Source: Gammaproteobacteria bacterium (lineage in GTDB: Bacteria; Pseudomonadota; Gammaproteobacteria; Steroidobacterales; Foliamicaceae). From it: 64,000 nucleotides of DNA. Position 1 is the first letter of the stretch, and every line of letters begins with the position of its first letter. Under the pieces are notes generated by a model. It ran no database searches. It had not been told where the DNA came from and saw only the letters and a program-made list of their open reading frames with translations. Positions 20,369-28,793 of this stretch are shown here, piece after piece. The translations under genes and the position numbers were made by a program. The stretch is from contig OZ243929.1 of the NCBI GenBank assembly GCA_965213995.1, forward strand, positions 385,807 through 449,806. Direction: 5' to 3'.

Positions 20369-20448
20369 CGCTCTGGCCAACAGCTTTCTACGGCACAAAA
20401 TACCGAAATCTCGGACTCAAGCTCCGATATTTCGTCTATACTGCTGCG

Positions 20449-21606
20449 ATGATTTCCCGCAACGAATATCTGCGGAGCTTGGCCGCCGCCGTGTCCCGAT
20501 CCCCGGTAACGGCGCTGCTAGGCCCCCGGCAAAGCGGCAAAACCACGCTGGCGCGCCAGTTTGCCGAAGGACGCGAATCCACGCTGTTCGATCTTGAGTC
20601 GGAGCAGGACATGCGCGCGCTCGCCAATCCCGAGATGGCGCTGGAAAACTTGGAAGGCCTGGTTGTGCTGGACGAAATCCAAATCATGCCCGCCCTCTTC
20701 CGAGCGCTGCGGGTGCTGGCCGACCGGCCCCGCGCCAACGCGCGCTTCCTGATCCTCGGCAGCGCATCGCCCGAATTGGTGCGTGGCGCCTCCGAATCAC
20801 TTGCAGGCCGTATCGAATTTATCGACCTCGCAGGCTTCGACTTGACCGAAACGGGAGCCGAAAGCGCGCTCACGCTATGGCGGCGAGGCGGATTCCCGCG
20901 GTCCTTTCTGGCGGCATCCGAGGCCGACAGCCTTAGCTGGCGCGAAAACTTCATCCGCAGTTTTCTCGAGCGCGATATTCCCCAACTTGGAATCCGCATC
21001 CCGGCGGCGGCCATGCGCCGCTTTTGGACCATGCTGGCGCATTGGCACGGCCAAACCTGGAATGCCTCGGAATTGGGCCGCTCGCTCGGAGTGTCCGATA
21101 AAACGGTTCGCGGCTACCTTGATCTGCTGAGCGGCACATTCATGGTGCGCCAGCTTCAGCCTTGGTTCGCCAATCTCGCCAAACGCCAAGTGAAGGCTCC
21201 AAAAGTGTATTTCCGCGACACCGGCCTGCTGCATGCCCTTCTCGGCGCGGGCAACGAGCGCGCCCTGCTTGGGCATCCCCGCGCGGGCGCCTCCTGGGAA
21301 GGTTTCATGGTTGAGCAGGTGCTGTGCTGCTTAGGGCGCCCCCAGCCTTGGTTTTGGGCCTCCCACGACGGCGGCGAACTCGATTTGCTGATTGAAAAAG
21401 CGGGTCGGCGGATCGGTTTCGAGATGAAATTCAGCGAAGCGCCTGCCGTGTCCCGGTCCATGCGCAATATTGCCGAAACGCTGGCGCTTGACCACCTGTT
21501 CGTGGTTTGTCCGGCGCGTCGGGAATATGCAGTGGACCAGGGGATCAGCGTGCTTCCGGCCACCCGAATCCCCGCGCTGCCCTCAATCATCGCGGCGCTG
21601 CCTTAG
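20449..21606 (+). CDS. AAA-family ATPase with DUF4143-like C-terminal domain
   Basis: Walker A LLGPRQSGKTTLARQF, Walker B-like LVVLDEIQ. The C-terminal part is typical of the ATPase(AAA_14)+DUF4143 family as I remember it. Confidence 0.75.
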   Translation: MISRNEYLRSLAAAVSRSPVTALLGPRQSGKTTLARQFAEGRESTLFDLESEQDMRALANPEMALENLEGLVVLDEIQIMPALFRALRVLADRPRANARFLILGSASPELVRGASESLAGRIEFIDLAGFDLTETGAESALTLWRRGGFPRSFLAASEADSLSWRENFIRSFLERDIPQLGIRIPAAAMRRFWTMLAHWHGQTWNASELGRSLGVSDKTVRGYLDLLSGTFMVRQLQPWFANLAKRQVKAPKVYFRDTGLLHALLGAGNERALLGHPRAGASWEGFMVEQVLCCLGRPQPWFWASHDGGELDLLIEKAGRRIGFEMKFSEAPAVSRSMRNIAETLALDHLFVVCPARREYAVDQGISVLPATRIPALPSIIAALP

Positions 21607-21725
21607 CCCGCAGCATATTGCGCCGAGCTGAAAGGACGCGGCCTCCGGCTCTTACAATAGCGGGCTGCGAGCGCCCGCTCAGTGGCTTCGGCGCTTGCGG
21701 CACTGCCGCTTCGGGGAGAACACGC

Positions 21726-22997
21726 ATGACCGCCAAGAAAAACCAGCAGGCCCGCATCGCAACGCATTGGGTTGCGCTCGCCGTAACGGGAATGGCCGCC
21801 TTGGCCGGATGCGCGGACCGCAGCGATGCTCCCGATGCGGCGGCGCAATACCGGATTGCCGGCAGCGTCGGCGAATTGCTTGAGCAAGGCGAAGCGGTAT
21901 TGAGCCGCAGCACCGGCGTGGTGGGCGGATCCGAGGAGATCGCCCGCGCGCCGCTCGCCGACGGCCGATTCGAGTTAAGCGGGGCGCTTCAACAAGGCGG
22001 CGTGGCGCGCCTGTCCGTGCGGGATGCGGAAGGCAACGGCAAGGGTTCGGCGCAGTTCATTCTGGAGCCAGGCGGCATAGAGGTTGAATACGCCGGCCCG
22101 GTGGCGGGCTTGCGGGCCAGCGGCGGGCCGTACAACCAGCAAGTGATTGCCTCCTGGCAGCGCAGCGAAGCCTATCAGGACGCGCTCGCAGCCTACCGGG
22201 ACATCATGGAGCGGCGCAAAGGCGTGGAGGAAGGCGACGAGGACTACCAAGCCTTGCTCGACGAATCCTGGGAGCGCTACCGGGCGCTGCAAGACGTGCG
22301 CTCAACCGCGCTGCGGGCCATTGCCGAGGCCGACGGCGACCCGCTAGCCAGCCTCTACGCGCTGCAACTCGGCGGCATGGGCGGCGAGGACGCGCTGGCG
22401 CGGCTCACCGAGCTGCAGCTGCGGGGCGGGCTGGGCGAACATCCGGCGCTGCTGGCCGCGCGCAGCCGCATCACCCACGGCATCCAAATGCGAACCGCCG
22501 CCCGGGCCATGAAGGAAGGCGCGCAGGTGGAGGATTTCTCGAGCACGGGGCTGGACGGGGCGGATTACCACTTGGCGGACTCGCGCAGCCATCACGACTA
22601 CACGCTCATCGAATTCTGGGCCTCCTGGTGCGGCCCTTGCCGGGCGGAAAACCCCAATCTGATCGCCACCTACGAAAACTACAAGCCGAAAGGCTTCGAG
22701 GTGTTCGCCTACTCGCTCGACGAGGACCGCGACGACTGGGCGGAAGCGAGCGAGGAGGACGGCATTCCGTGGATCAATACCAGCGACCTGCTAGCCTACG
22801 CCAGCCCCGTTCCCGAGCAATTCGGCGTGCTGGCGATTCCGATGAATTTCCTGATCGATTCGCAGGGCGTGGTGGTGGCGAGGAATTTGCGCGGCGCCAA
22901 GCTCGACCAGAAGCTGGCCGAGCTGATCGACGGCGTTGCGCCCGCCGCCGAGGAGCCGGACGGCGGCACGGCGCTGGCCCTTTCGGGCCGAGGCTGA
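21726..22997 (+). CDS. TlpA/ResA-like thiol:disulfide oxidoreductase lipoprotein (thioredoxin fold, long N-terminal domain)
   Basis: Lipobox MAALAGC; thioredoxin active site EFWASWCGPCRAENP. Start chosen at MTAKKNQQ (the track ORF starts at 21507, inside the upstream gene). Confidence 0.8.
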   Translation: MTAKKNQQARIATHWVALAVTGMAALAGCADRSDAPDAAAQYRIAGSVGELLEQGEAVLSRSTGVVGGSEEIARAPLADGRFELSGALQQGGVARLSVRDAEGNGKGSAQFILEPGGIEVEYAGPVAGLRASGGPYNQQVIASWQRSEAYQDALAAYRDIMERRKGVEEGDEDYQALLDESWERYRALQDVRSTALRAIAEADGDPLASLYALQLGGMGGEDALARLTELQLRGGLGEHPALLAARSRITHGIQMRTAARAMKEGAQVEDFSSTGLDGADYHLADSRSHHDYTLIEFWASWCGPCRAENPNLIATYENYKPKGFEVFAYSLDEDRDDWAEASEEDGIPWINTSDLLAYASPVPEQFGVLAIPMNFLIDSQGVVVARNLRGAKLDQKLAELIDGVAPAAEEPDGGTALALSGRG

Positions 22998-23001
22998 GGA
23001 A

Positions 23002-24270
23002 TCAGCCCTCGCCGCCCGCCTTTCCGAAGCGTTCGACGAGCGCCTCGTCGAGCTTGTGGCCGCGCAAATTCCTAGCGATGATTTCGCCGGAGCCTGCATC
23101 GACCAGGAAATTGGCCGGCACGCCGGTCACGCCGTAGGTTTCCGTGGCCGGGTGGTCCATGCCCATGCCGGCATTGATCCAAGGCAGCTGCTCCTCCTCG
23201 GACGCCTCCACCCAGTCCTCGCGCTCGTCATCCACGGTGAACGAGAAAATCTCGAATCCCTGCGGCCCGTAGTCCGCGTAAGCCTGCTTCATGTGCGGAA
23301 TCTCCACCCGGCAGGGCCCGCACCACGATGCCCAAAACTCAACCAGCACCACGTCCTTGCCTTGGCGCGCTCCGGCAATGCTCACCGTTTGGCCGTCCAG
23401 CGTCTCGGCCTCGAAATCGCGGATTTCCGCTCCCACCGCGAATTGGGCCTGCCTTTGCCGGGCCGCGGCGCGCTGGTCTTCCGCAGCCAGCGTGTCCGCC
23501 ACCCAAGGATCGTCCGGCATGATTTCGGCCAGCGCCCGAACCGCATCCTCGAACCAGCGGCCGCGCAGCCAAGTGGATTGCAAGGTCAGCTTGCGGGCCA
23601 GCGGATCCTCATGCTCCATGGCCACCTTCCTGCGCCCCTCGGTTTCCAAGTCCAGTATCGCGCTGTACGTGTCCGAGGCCTCGTCCGTCCGCGCCCGCCT
23701 TTCATCCTCGGTTTCCCCGTCCGCCGCCGCCGCTTTGCGGTTGTAGTCCTCCACCAGCGCGATGTATCCGGGCGACCGCTTCCACGAATTCACCACGATA
23801 TCGTTGTAATGGCCGCCCTCCACCAGGAATCGGGCCCTGGCGGTCATCGTGAGTTTGAGGTCGCCCTGCTCAAGAATAAATGCCTGGCCTTTCACGGGCG
23901 CCCAGCGCGCGCCTTCGGGGCTGACCGCGCCGAGCACATAGAAATACACATTGCGCGGCGCGTCCACCGTGCCCTCAAGGAAGAACTTGCCGTCAACGAT
24001 AGGCGCCTCGGCCACGATGTTGAGACTGTCCTTCAGGCTTGTTTGCGAATCGTCGGCAGCCGATGCCGGCGTGGCCGCCGCCATCCCCATGGCGCCGCCG
24101 CTTTCGCCTCTCGGCGCCGCAACCCAAACCACGAACTCGCCGTTGGAATAAACCGCGGACACATCGCCGGTCAGCGTGTAGCGATTCGATTCGGCATCGC
24201 CGCCGGCGCAGGCCGCGAAAAAGACGGCTGCGGCCGCCGCCAGCGAGCAAAGAAAACTGCGGTAGTGCAT
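23002..24270 (-). CDS. TlpA/ResA-like thiol:disulfide oxidoreductase lipoprotein (paralogue of 21726..22997)
   Basis: Lipobox VFFAAC; EFWASWCGPCRVEIP. The C-terminal ~110 aa align with the neighbouring paralogue (..DWxEASEEx..PWIN...NFLxD..G.xxARNLRGxKLD). Confidence 0.8.
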   Translation of the reverse strand: MHYRSFLCSLAAAAAVFFAACAGGDAESNRYTLTGDVSAVYSNGEFVVWVAAPRGESGGAMGMAAATPASAADDSQTSLKDSLNIVAEAPIVDGKFFLEGTVDAPRNVYFYVLGAVSPEGARWAPVKGQAFILEQGDLKLTMTARARFLVEGGHYNDIVVNSWKRSPGYIALVEDYNRKAAAADGETEDERRARTDEASDTYSAILDLETEGRRKVAMEHEDPLARKLTLQSTWLRGRWFEDAVRALAEIMPDDPWVADTLAAEDQRAAARQRQAQFAVGAEIRDFEAETLDGQTVSIAGARQGKDVVLVEFWASWCGPCRVEIPHMKQAYADYGPQGFEIFSFTVDDEREDWVEASEEEQLPWINAGMGMDHPATETYGVTGVPANFLVDAGSGEIIARNLRGHKLDEALVERFGKAGGEG

Positions 24271-24417
24271 TATGGCGCTCCTATGATTGCGCCGACAATC
24301 TTAACCCCTTACCCCAAAGCTCGCCGCGCGGCAGGAGCGCGCGGCGCGGCCAATGTGCTAGATTCGCTCGCCCTACCCCTTACGGGGCGAAACAAGCAAT
24401 TCGGAACGGAAAAAGCA

Positions 24418-26421
24418 ATGGCCGCACAAACATGGACCGGCGCATGGCCGACGGCGGCGCTTGCCGCAGCGCTGCTTAGCGCCTGCGGAGGAGGATCCGG
24501 GAGGAGCTCCCCGGCGCCTGCGCGCCCGCCGCCCAACCAGCCGCCATCGATCACGGTCGATTCCACCGCCTCGGTCGATGAGAACCATGCGGGCGCGGCG
24601 GTCACTTCCGTCGCAGCCAGCGATCCGGATGGCGATTCGGTTGCCTTTACCGTCAGCGACGAGCGCTTCGAGATCAGCGGCGGCGAACTCAAGCTCAAGG
24701 CCGGCGAATCGTTGGACCACGAAGCCGAGATGTCGGTGGAGGTCACGATAACCGCCAGCGACGGGACGGCTTCCGCCTCCGCCCGGGTCACGATTACGGT
24801 TAACGATATCGTGGCGAGCGTCACTTTCGCCGATGCCACCCCCGGTTCCGGCATCGCGTTCGAGCGCGGCTACACCGAATCGTCCGGCGGGAGCAGCCTG
24901 CCGCAGGATGCCGATGTGCGCGAGTTCGGCGGGGGCGTGGCGGCCGGCGACTACGACAACGACGGCTGGGTGGACCTGTTCGTGCTGCGCGGCGACCTCG
25001 GCCCCAACCTGCTGTACCGCAATCTGGGCAACAACACCTTCGAGGACCGGGCCGAGGAAGCAGGCGTGGCCAACCCCCGGGCCGCCTTCGGCAGCTTCCG
25101 GCATAGCGGGCCGGGATTCGCCGATATGGATGGCGACGGCGATATCGACCTTTTCCTTGGCGGCGTCATGGGCGACCGGGCGATTGTGTACCGGAACAAC
25201 GGCGACGGCACGTTCACCGACGCAACCGACGGCTCGGGGCTGGAAGGCATCAACGCCCGCTATACGATTTCGTCAGCCTTCGGCGATTACGATCTCGACG
25301 GCGACCTGGACCTGTTCCTGGCGCATTGGGGCACACCGCGCCCCAAGGACGATGAGAGTCGGCCCTGGCCCTACAGCACCGAGAGCCTATGGCGCAACGA
25401 CAGCGAAAACGGCGTGATCCGATTCACCGACGTGAGCCTGCCATCGGGCATCGCGCAAACCATCATCGAGGACAACCCCGTCGGGTCGTTCGGCGGCAGC
25501 GGCCACGACTATACCTTCAGCCCCGTCTTCGCGCGGATCACGGATGATCTCTATCCCGACCTCGTGATCGCCGCCGATTTCCTCACCTCGAAGTATTACG
25601 TGAACGAGCGCGACGGCACATTCCGCGATGCCACCAACCGCGAGGTGATCGTGGATGGCAACGGCATGGGCGCGGCGGTGGGCGATTACGACAATGACGG
25701 CGACTTGGACTGGTTCGTCAGCTCCATCTGGAGCGATCCGGATGAGAACGGCGAACAGATCTTCAAGCACGGCAACCGCTTGTACCGCAATGATGGCGGG
25801 GAGTTTTCGGACGCCACCGAAGAAGTCGGCGTGCGCGATGGAGGCTGGGGCTGGGGCTCCTGCTTCGCGGATTTCGACAACGACGGCCATCTGGATCTGT
25901 ACCACACCAACGGCTGGGTGCATGTGGAGCGCTTCGCCTCCGAAAAATACGATACCGACCCAAGTCGGCTGTTCATCTCCGACGGCGCGGGCGCCTTCAC
26001 GGAAATATCGGAAGAGGCGGGCATCGCCGATAGCGAGCGCGGCCACGGCATCGTGTGCGCGGACTTCGACAACGATGGCGATATCGATATCTTCCAAATG
26101 CACCGCAACGAAAACAACGCGGGCACGCTATGGCGTAATGAGGGCAGCGCGAACAACTACCTGAAGGTGAAACTCGAAGGCCGCGCGCCCAATACTGCTG
26201 CGGCCGGGGCCCGGATCACGCTCACGGCCGGCGGCCGGAGGCAGATGCGGGAAATCACTATCGGCAGCAACTTCACCTCGCAAAACCCGCTGGTGCAATT
26301 GTTCGGCCTAGGCGCTCACACGCAGGCGGACCTTACAGTGGAATGGCCGGACGGCGCCGCCACGACCCGGGAAAACGTGGCCGCAGGCCAACTCGTCACC
26401 ATCCAGCAGCCCGAAAACTAA
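24418..26421 (+). CDS. CRTAC1-like lipoprotein: cadherin-like repeat + FG-GAP/VCBS repeats + ASPIC/UnbV C-terminal domain
   Basis: Lipobox ALLSAC. Cadherin-like segment (SITVDSTASVDENHAGAAVTSVAASDPDGDSVAFTV...VTITVNDI). Repeated GDYDNDG.DL/FADxDGDGD motifs. ASPIC tail (NNYLKVKLEGRAPNTAAAGARITLTAGGRRQMREITIGSNFTSQN). The upstream 1.5 kb of track ORF 22936..26421 is antisense shadow. Confidence 0.85.
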   Translation: MAAQTWTGAWPTAALAAALLSACGGGSGRSSPAPARPPPNQPPSITVDSTASVDENHAGAAVTSVAASDPDGDSVAFTVSDERFEISGGELKLKAGESLDHEAEMSVEVTITASDGTASASARVTITVNDIVASVTFADATPGSGIAFERGYTESSGGSSLPQDADVREFGGGVAAGDYDNDGWVDLFVLRGDLGPNLLYRNLGNNTFEDRAEEAGVANPRAAFGSFRHSGPGFADMDGDGDIDLFLGGVMGDRAIVYRNNGDGTFTDATDGSGLEGINARYTISSAFGDYDLDGDLDLFLAHWGTPRPKDDESRPWPYSTESLWRNDSENGVIRFTDVSLPSGIAQTIIEDNPVGSFGGSGHDYTFSPVFARITDDLYPDLVIAADFLTSKYYVNERDGTFRDATNREVIVDGNGMGAAVGDYDNDGDLDWFVSSIWSDPDENGEQIFKHGNRLYRNDGGEFSDATEEVGVRDGGWGWGSCFADFDNDGHLDLYHTNGWVHVERFASEKYDTDPSRLFISDGAGAFTEISEEAGIADSERGHGIVCADFDNDGDIDIFQMHRNENNAGTLWRNEGSANNYLKVKLEGRAPNTAAAGARITLTAGGRRQMREITIGSNFTSQNPLVQLFGLGAHTQADLTVEWPDGAATTRENVAAGQLVTIQQPEN

Positions 26422-26433
26422 CCCCCGCACCCG

Positions 26434-26580
26434 CCTCAGCCCTTTGCCTGCCCCCGCCTCGCGCCAGCCTCAGCCTTTGCCTGCCCCCGCCTCGCGGGAG
26501 CGTCGGCGGCAGGAGCCGCCGCCGAGCCCCATGGATGGGTTCATGCGTCTCCCGCGAGGCGGGGGCAAGCAAAGGGCGAG
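26434..26580. repeat. Structured intergenic repeat, copy 1 (long hairpin with conserved asymmetric core; left arm tandemly duplicated)
   Basis: Left arm cctttgcctgcccccgcctcgcgggag (26474-26500) pairs with right arm ctcccgcgaggcgggggcaagcaaaggg (26549-26576). The 48-nt core cgtcggcggcaggagccgccgccgagccccatggatgggttcatgcgt is nearly identical to 60118-60165. An extra copy of the left arm sits at 26434-26463. Confidence 0.75.
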
Positions 26581-26637
26581 GAAAAACGACAGTAGAGGCG
26601 AGGAAAAGCTGGCTCGGTAGCAGGCAAGTAAGAACCG

Positions 26638-27663
26638 TCAGTAGGAACGCGGCATGCCCAGCACATGCTGACCGATATAGCTCAGAATCATATTGGTCGA
26701 TACCGGCGCCACTTGGTAGAGGCGGGTTTCGCGGAACTTCCGCTCCACGTCGTATTCCTCGGCGAAGCCGAACCCCCCGAAAGTCTGAACGCAAGCCTCC
26801 GCCGCTTCCCAAGCAGCCTCCGAAGCCAGCAGCTTGGCCATATTGGCCTCCTTGCCGACGGACAAGCCCCGGTCGAACTTCTCCGCAGCGCTCGCAACCA
26901 TCAGTGCCGCCGCCTCCACCGAGGCGTAGGCCCGCGCGATCGGAAACTGCACCCCTTGGTTGCGCCCTATGGGCCGTCCGAAAACCTCCCGCTCGCCAGC
27001 GTACGCGGATGCCTTGTCGATGAACCAGCGGCCATCCCCGACGCACTCCCCGGCGATCAAGGTGCGCTCCGCATTCATGCCGTCCAGGATATAGCGGAAG
27101 CCCTGCCCTTCCTCGCCGATCAGGTTCTCCTTCGGAACGCGGACATCATCAAGGAAAACCTGCGTGGTGGCGTGGTTCATCATGGTGCGGATGGGCGCGA
27201 TGCTCAATCCGGGCGCATCGCGCATATCGACCATCAGCACCGACAGGCCTTCCGTGCGCCGCTCGACCTCTTCGCGCGGCGTGGTGCGGGCCAGAAGCAC
27301 CATCAAGTCCGAGTGCTCGGCGCGCGAGGTCCATATCTTCTGACCGTTCACCACATAGTGCCCGTTATCGCGGCGGGCGGTGGTCCGCAGGGCCAGGGTG
27401 TCGCTGCCGCTGCCGGGCTCGGTCACGCCGAAGGCCTGCAAGCGCAACTTGCCGGAAGCAATCCCGGGCAGCCACTTCCGCTTCTGCTCCGAACTGCCAT
27501 GACGCAGCAGCGTGCCCATCGCGTACATCTGCGCATGGCAGGCGCCGGCATTGCATCCGCAGCGGTGGATTTCCTCCAGAATGGCCGCGGCCGCCGCCAG
27601 CCCGAGGCCGCTGCCGCCGTACTCCTCGGGAATCAGCGCGCCAAGAAAGCCGCTGTCGGTCAT
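26638..27663 (-). CDS. Acyl-CoA dehydrogenase family protein, apparently N-terminally shortened
   Basis: 341 aa starting at ...GFLGALIPEEYGGSGLG, a motif that normally lies some 45-55 residues into ACADs (from memory). The rest is complete (FGVTEPGSGSD, ...IGEEGQGF..., C-terminal EGT-like region ...YQVAPVSTNMILSYIGQHVLGMPRSY). Confidence 0.8.
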   Translation of the reverse strand: MTDSGFLGALIPEEYGGSGLGLAAAAAILEEIHRCGCNAGACHAQMYAMGTLLRHGSSEQKRKWLPGIASGKLRLQAFGVTEPGSGSDTLALRTTARRDNGHYVVNGQKIWTSRAEHSDLMVLLARTTPREEVERRTEGLSVLMVDMRDAPGLSIAPIRTMMNHATTQVFLDDVRVPKENLIGEEGQGFRYILDGMNAERTLIAGECVGDGRWFIDKASAYAGEREVFGRPIGRNQGVQFPIARAYASVEAAALMVASAAEKFDRGLSVGKEANMAKLLASEAAWEAAEACVQTFGGFGFAEEYDVERKFRETRLYQVAPVSTNMILSYIGQHVLGMPRSY

Positions 27664-27695
27664 GGCCCAAGCATTATGGCAGCACTGCCCCTGCC

Positions 27696-28793
27696 TCAGG
27701 GCCAGTCGCGGGAAACGCTGACAAATGAGCCGCGGGAGCGCGAAGCCATCATCCAGTAGTAGCCGGTCGCCGCCGGGTCGCCGTCGAGCGGATAGAACAG
27801 CACGTTGATGGGAATGCCGGGCGGCAGGTCGCGCACCGCGCGCTCAAAATGCCTCGAGCGGGCCCGCTGATCGACCCAACCGACCCGCGACGGCGGGCTG
27901 GCGCCTTGCGTGGGCAGTCCATCGGTCAGCAGGTAAACGTTGTCGGGCGATGGCTCCAGCGAGCGAACCGCCCGCACTGCCGCATGCATGCTGGTGCCGC
28001 CCTGCGGCGCGTGATCGCGCAGCGCCTCGACCGCTTCGCCGACCCGCGTTCCATCCGCAACGCTTAGCCATTGCCCGTCGGAGTCGTCCAGGATGCTGCG
28101 ATAGTCCTCGCCGTAGATATAGATCTGGAAGCGCTGCTGCGGCTCGAGCCGCGTGGTGATCCAATCGACCGAGTTGACCACTTGGCGCCACTTGGGGGCT
28201 CGCGGCTTCAACGCCTCGTTCATCAGCCTAAAGCGGATCACGTCGATATAGGTGCGTCCCAGCATGCTGGCGGAAGCGTCCACTAGGATCAGCACCCGCT
28301 CCCCGTCCATCCGCATGCCCGTAAGGTACTGGCGCGAACCGGCGCCTTCGAACTTTCTGATCTGCTGCCCTGCGCCCTCTTCCGACTCGGCAATCCGCGC
28401 CTCGAGCTCCTCCTGCATGTTGCGGAGCCGCTCCACGTCCGCGCGAAGCTTCTCGACCGACTCCTGGCTCCGCGTTCCTAGGCGCTCGTATTCCGACAGC
28501 TCCGCGAGCAAGGCGGCGAGCCGTTCCCTCAGCCTGCGCAGCTCCTCCGCCGCGCGGGCACGGCGGTCTTCCAGCTCATCGCGTTCCCCGCGAATCTGGA
28601 GCAGATCCTTGCGGCCTTCCAGCACCTCGTCCTCCAGCCGCGTGGTCTCGCTCAAAAGATCAATGCGCTCGGCATCGGCGCGCAAGCGCACCTGAGCGTT
28701 GATAATCACGAAAAACAACACCACGGCCCCGAAGCCGCAGGTAATGATGTCGAGAAACGACATGCTGAAAATATGAAACGGCCTACGCGCCAT
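27696..28793 (-). CDS. ExbD/TolR/MotB-type N-terminal TM helix + long coiled coil + vWA domain (intact MIDAS) protein
   Basis: MARRPFHIFSMSFLDIITCGFGAVVLFFVI (basic tail plus a TM helix carrying Asp, compare ExbD copies MVPLIDVVFILLLFFML and MIPLINVVFLLLAFFMI). About 130 aa of charged heptad-like sequence. vWA with VLILVDASASM, GGTSMHAA, YLLTDG. The start overlaps the upstream gene by 11 nt. Confidence 0.8.
   Translation of the reverse strand: MARRPFHIFSMSFLDIITCGFGAVVLFFVIINAQVRLRADAERIDLLSETTRLEDEVLEGRKDLLQIRGERDELEDRRARAAEELRRLRERLAALLAELSEYERLGTRSQESVEKLRADVERLRNMQEELEARIAESEEGAGQQIRKFEGAGSRQYLTGMRMDGERVLILVDASASMLGRTYIDVIRFRLMNEALKPRAPKWRQVVNSVDWITTRLEPQQRFQIYIYGEDYRSILDDSDGQWLSVADGTRVGEAVEALRDHAPQGGTSMHAAVRAVRSLEPSPDNVYLLTDGLPTQGASPPSRVGWVDQRARSRHFERAVRDLPPGIPINVLFYPLDGDPAATGYYWMMASRSRGSFVSVSRDWP

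Noticed and set aside
22936-24417. The first ~494 codons of the 1161-aa track ORF 22936..26421
   Set aside because: This part is the antisense shadow of the TlpA-like gene 23002..24270. It is Arg/Pro/His-rich with no domain resemblance. The recognisable protein (lipobox, cadherin, FG-GAP, ASPIC) begins at ATG 24418.
26343-27023. ORFs 26343..27023 and 60030..60212 share the peptide PRGSVGGRSRRRAP.MGSCVSREA, hinting at a duplicated small gene
   Set aside because: The shared peptide is simply the translation of the structured repeat core. The ORFs run through the hairpin, differ outside it, and the first one is largely antisense to the acyl-CoA dehydrogenase gene.
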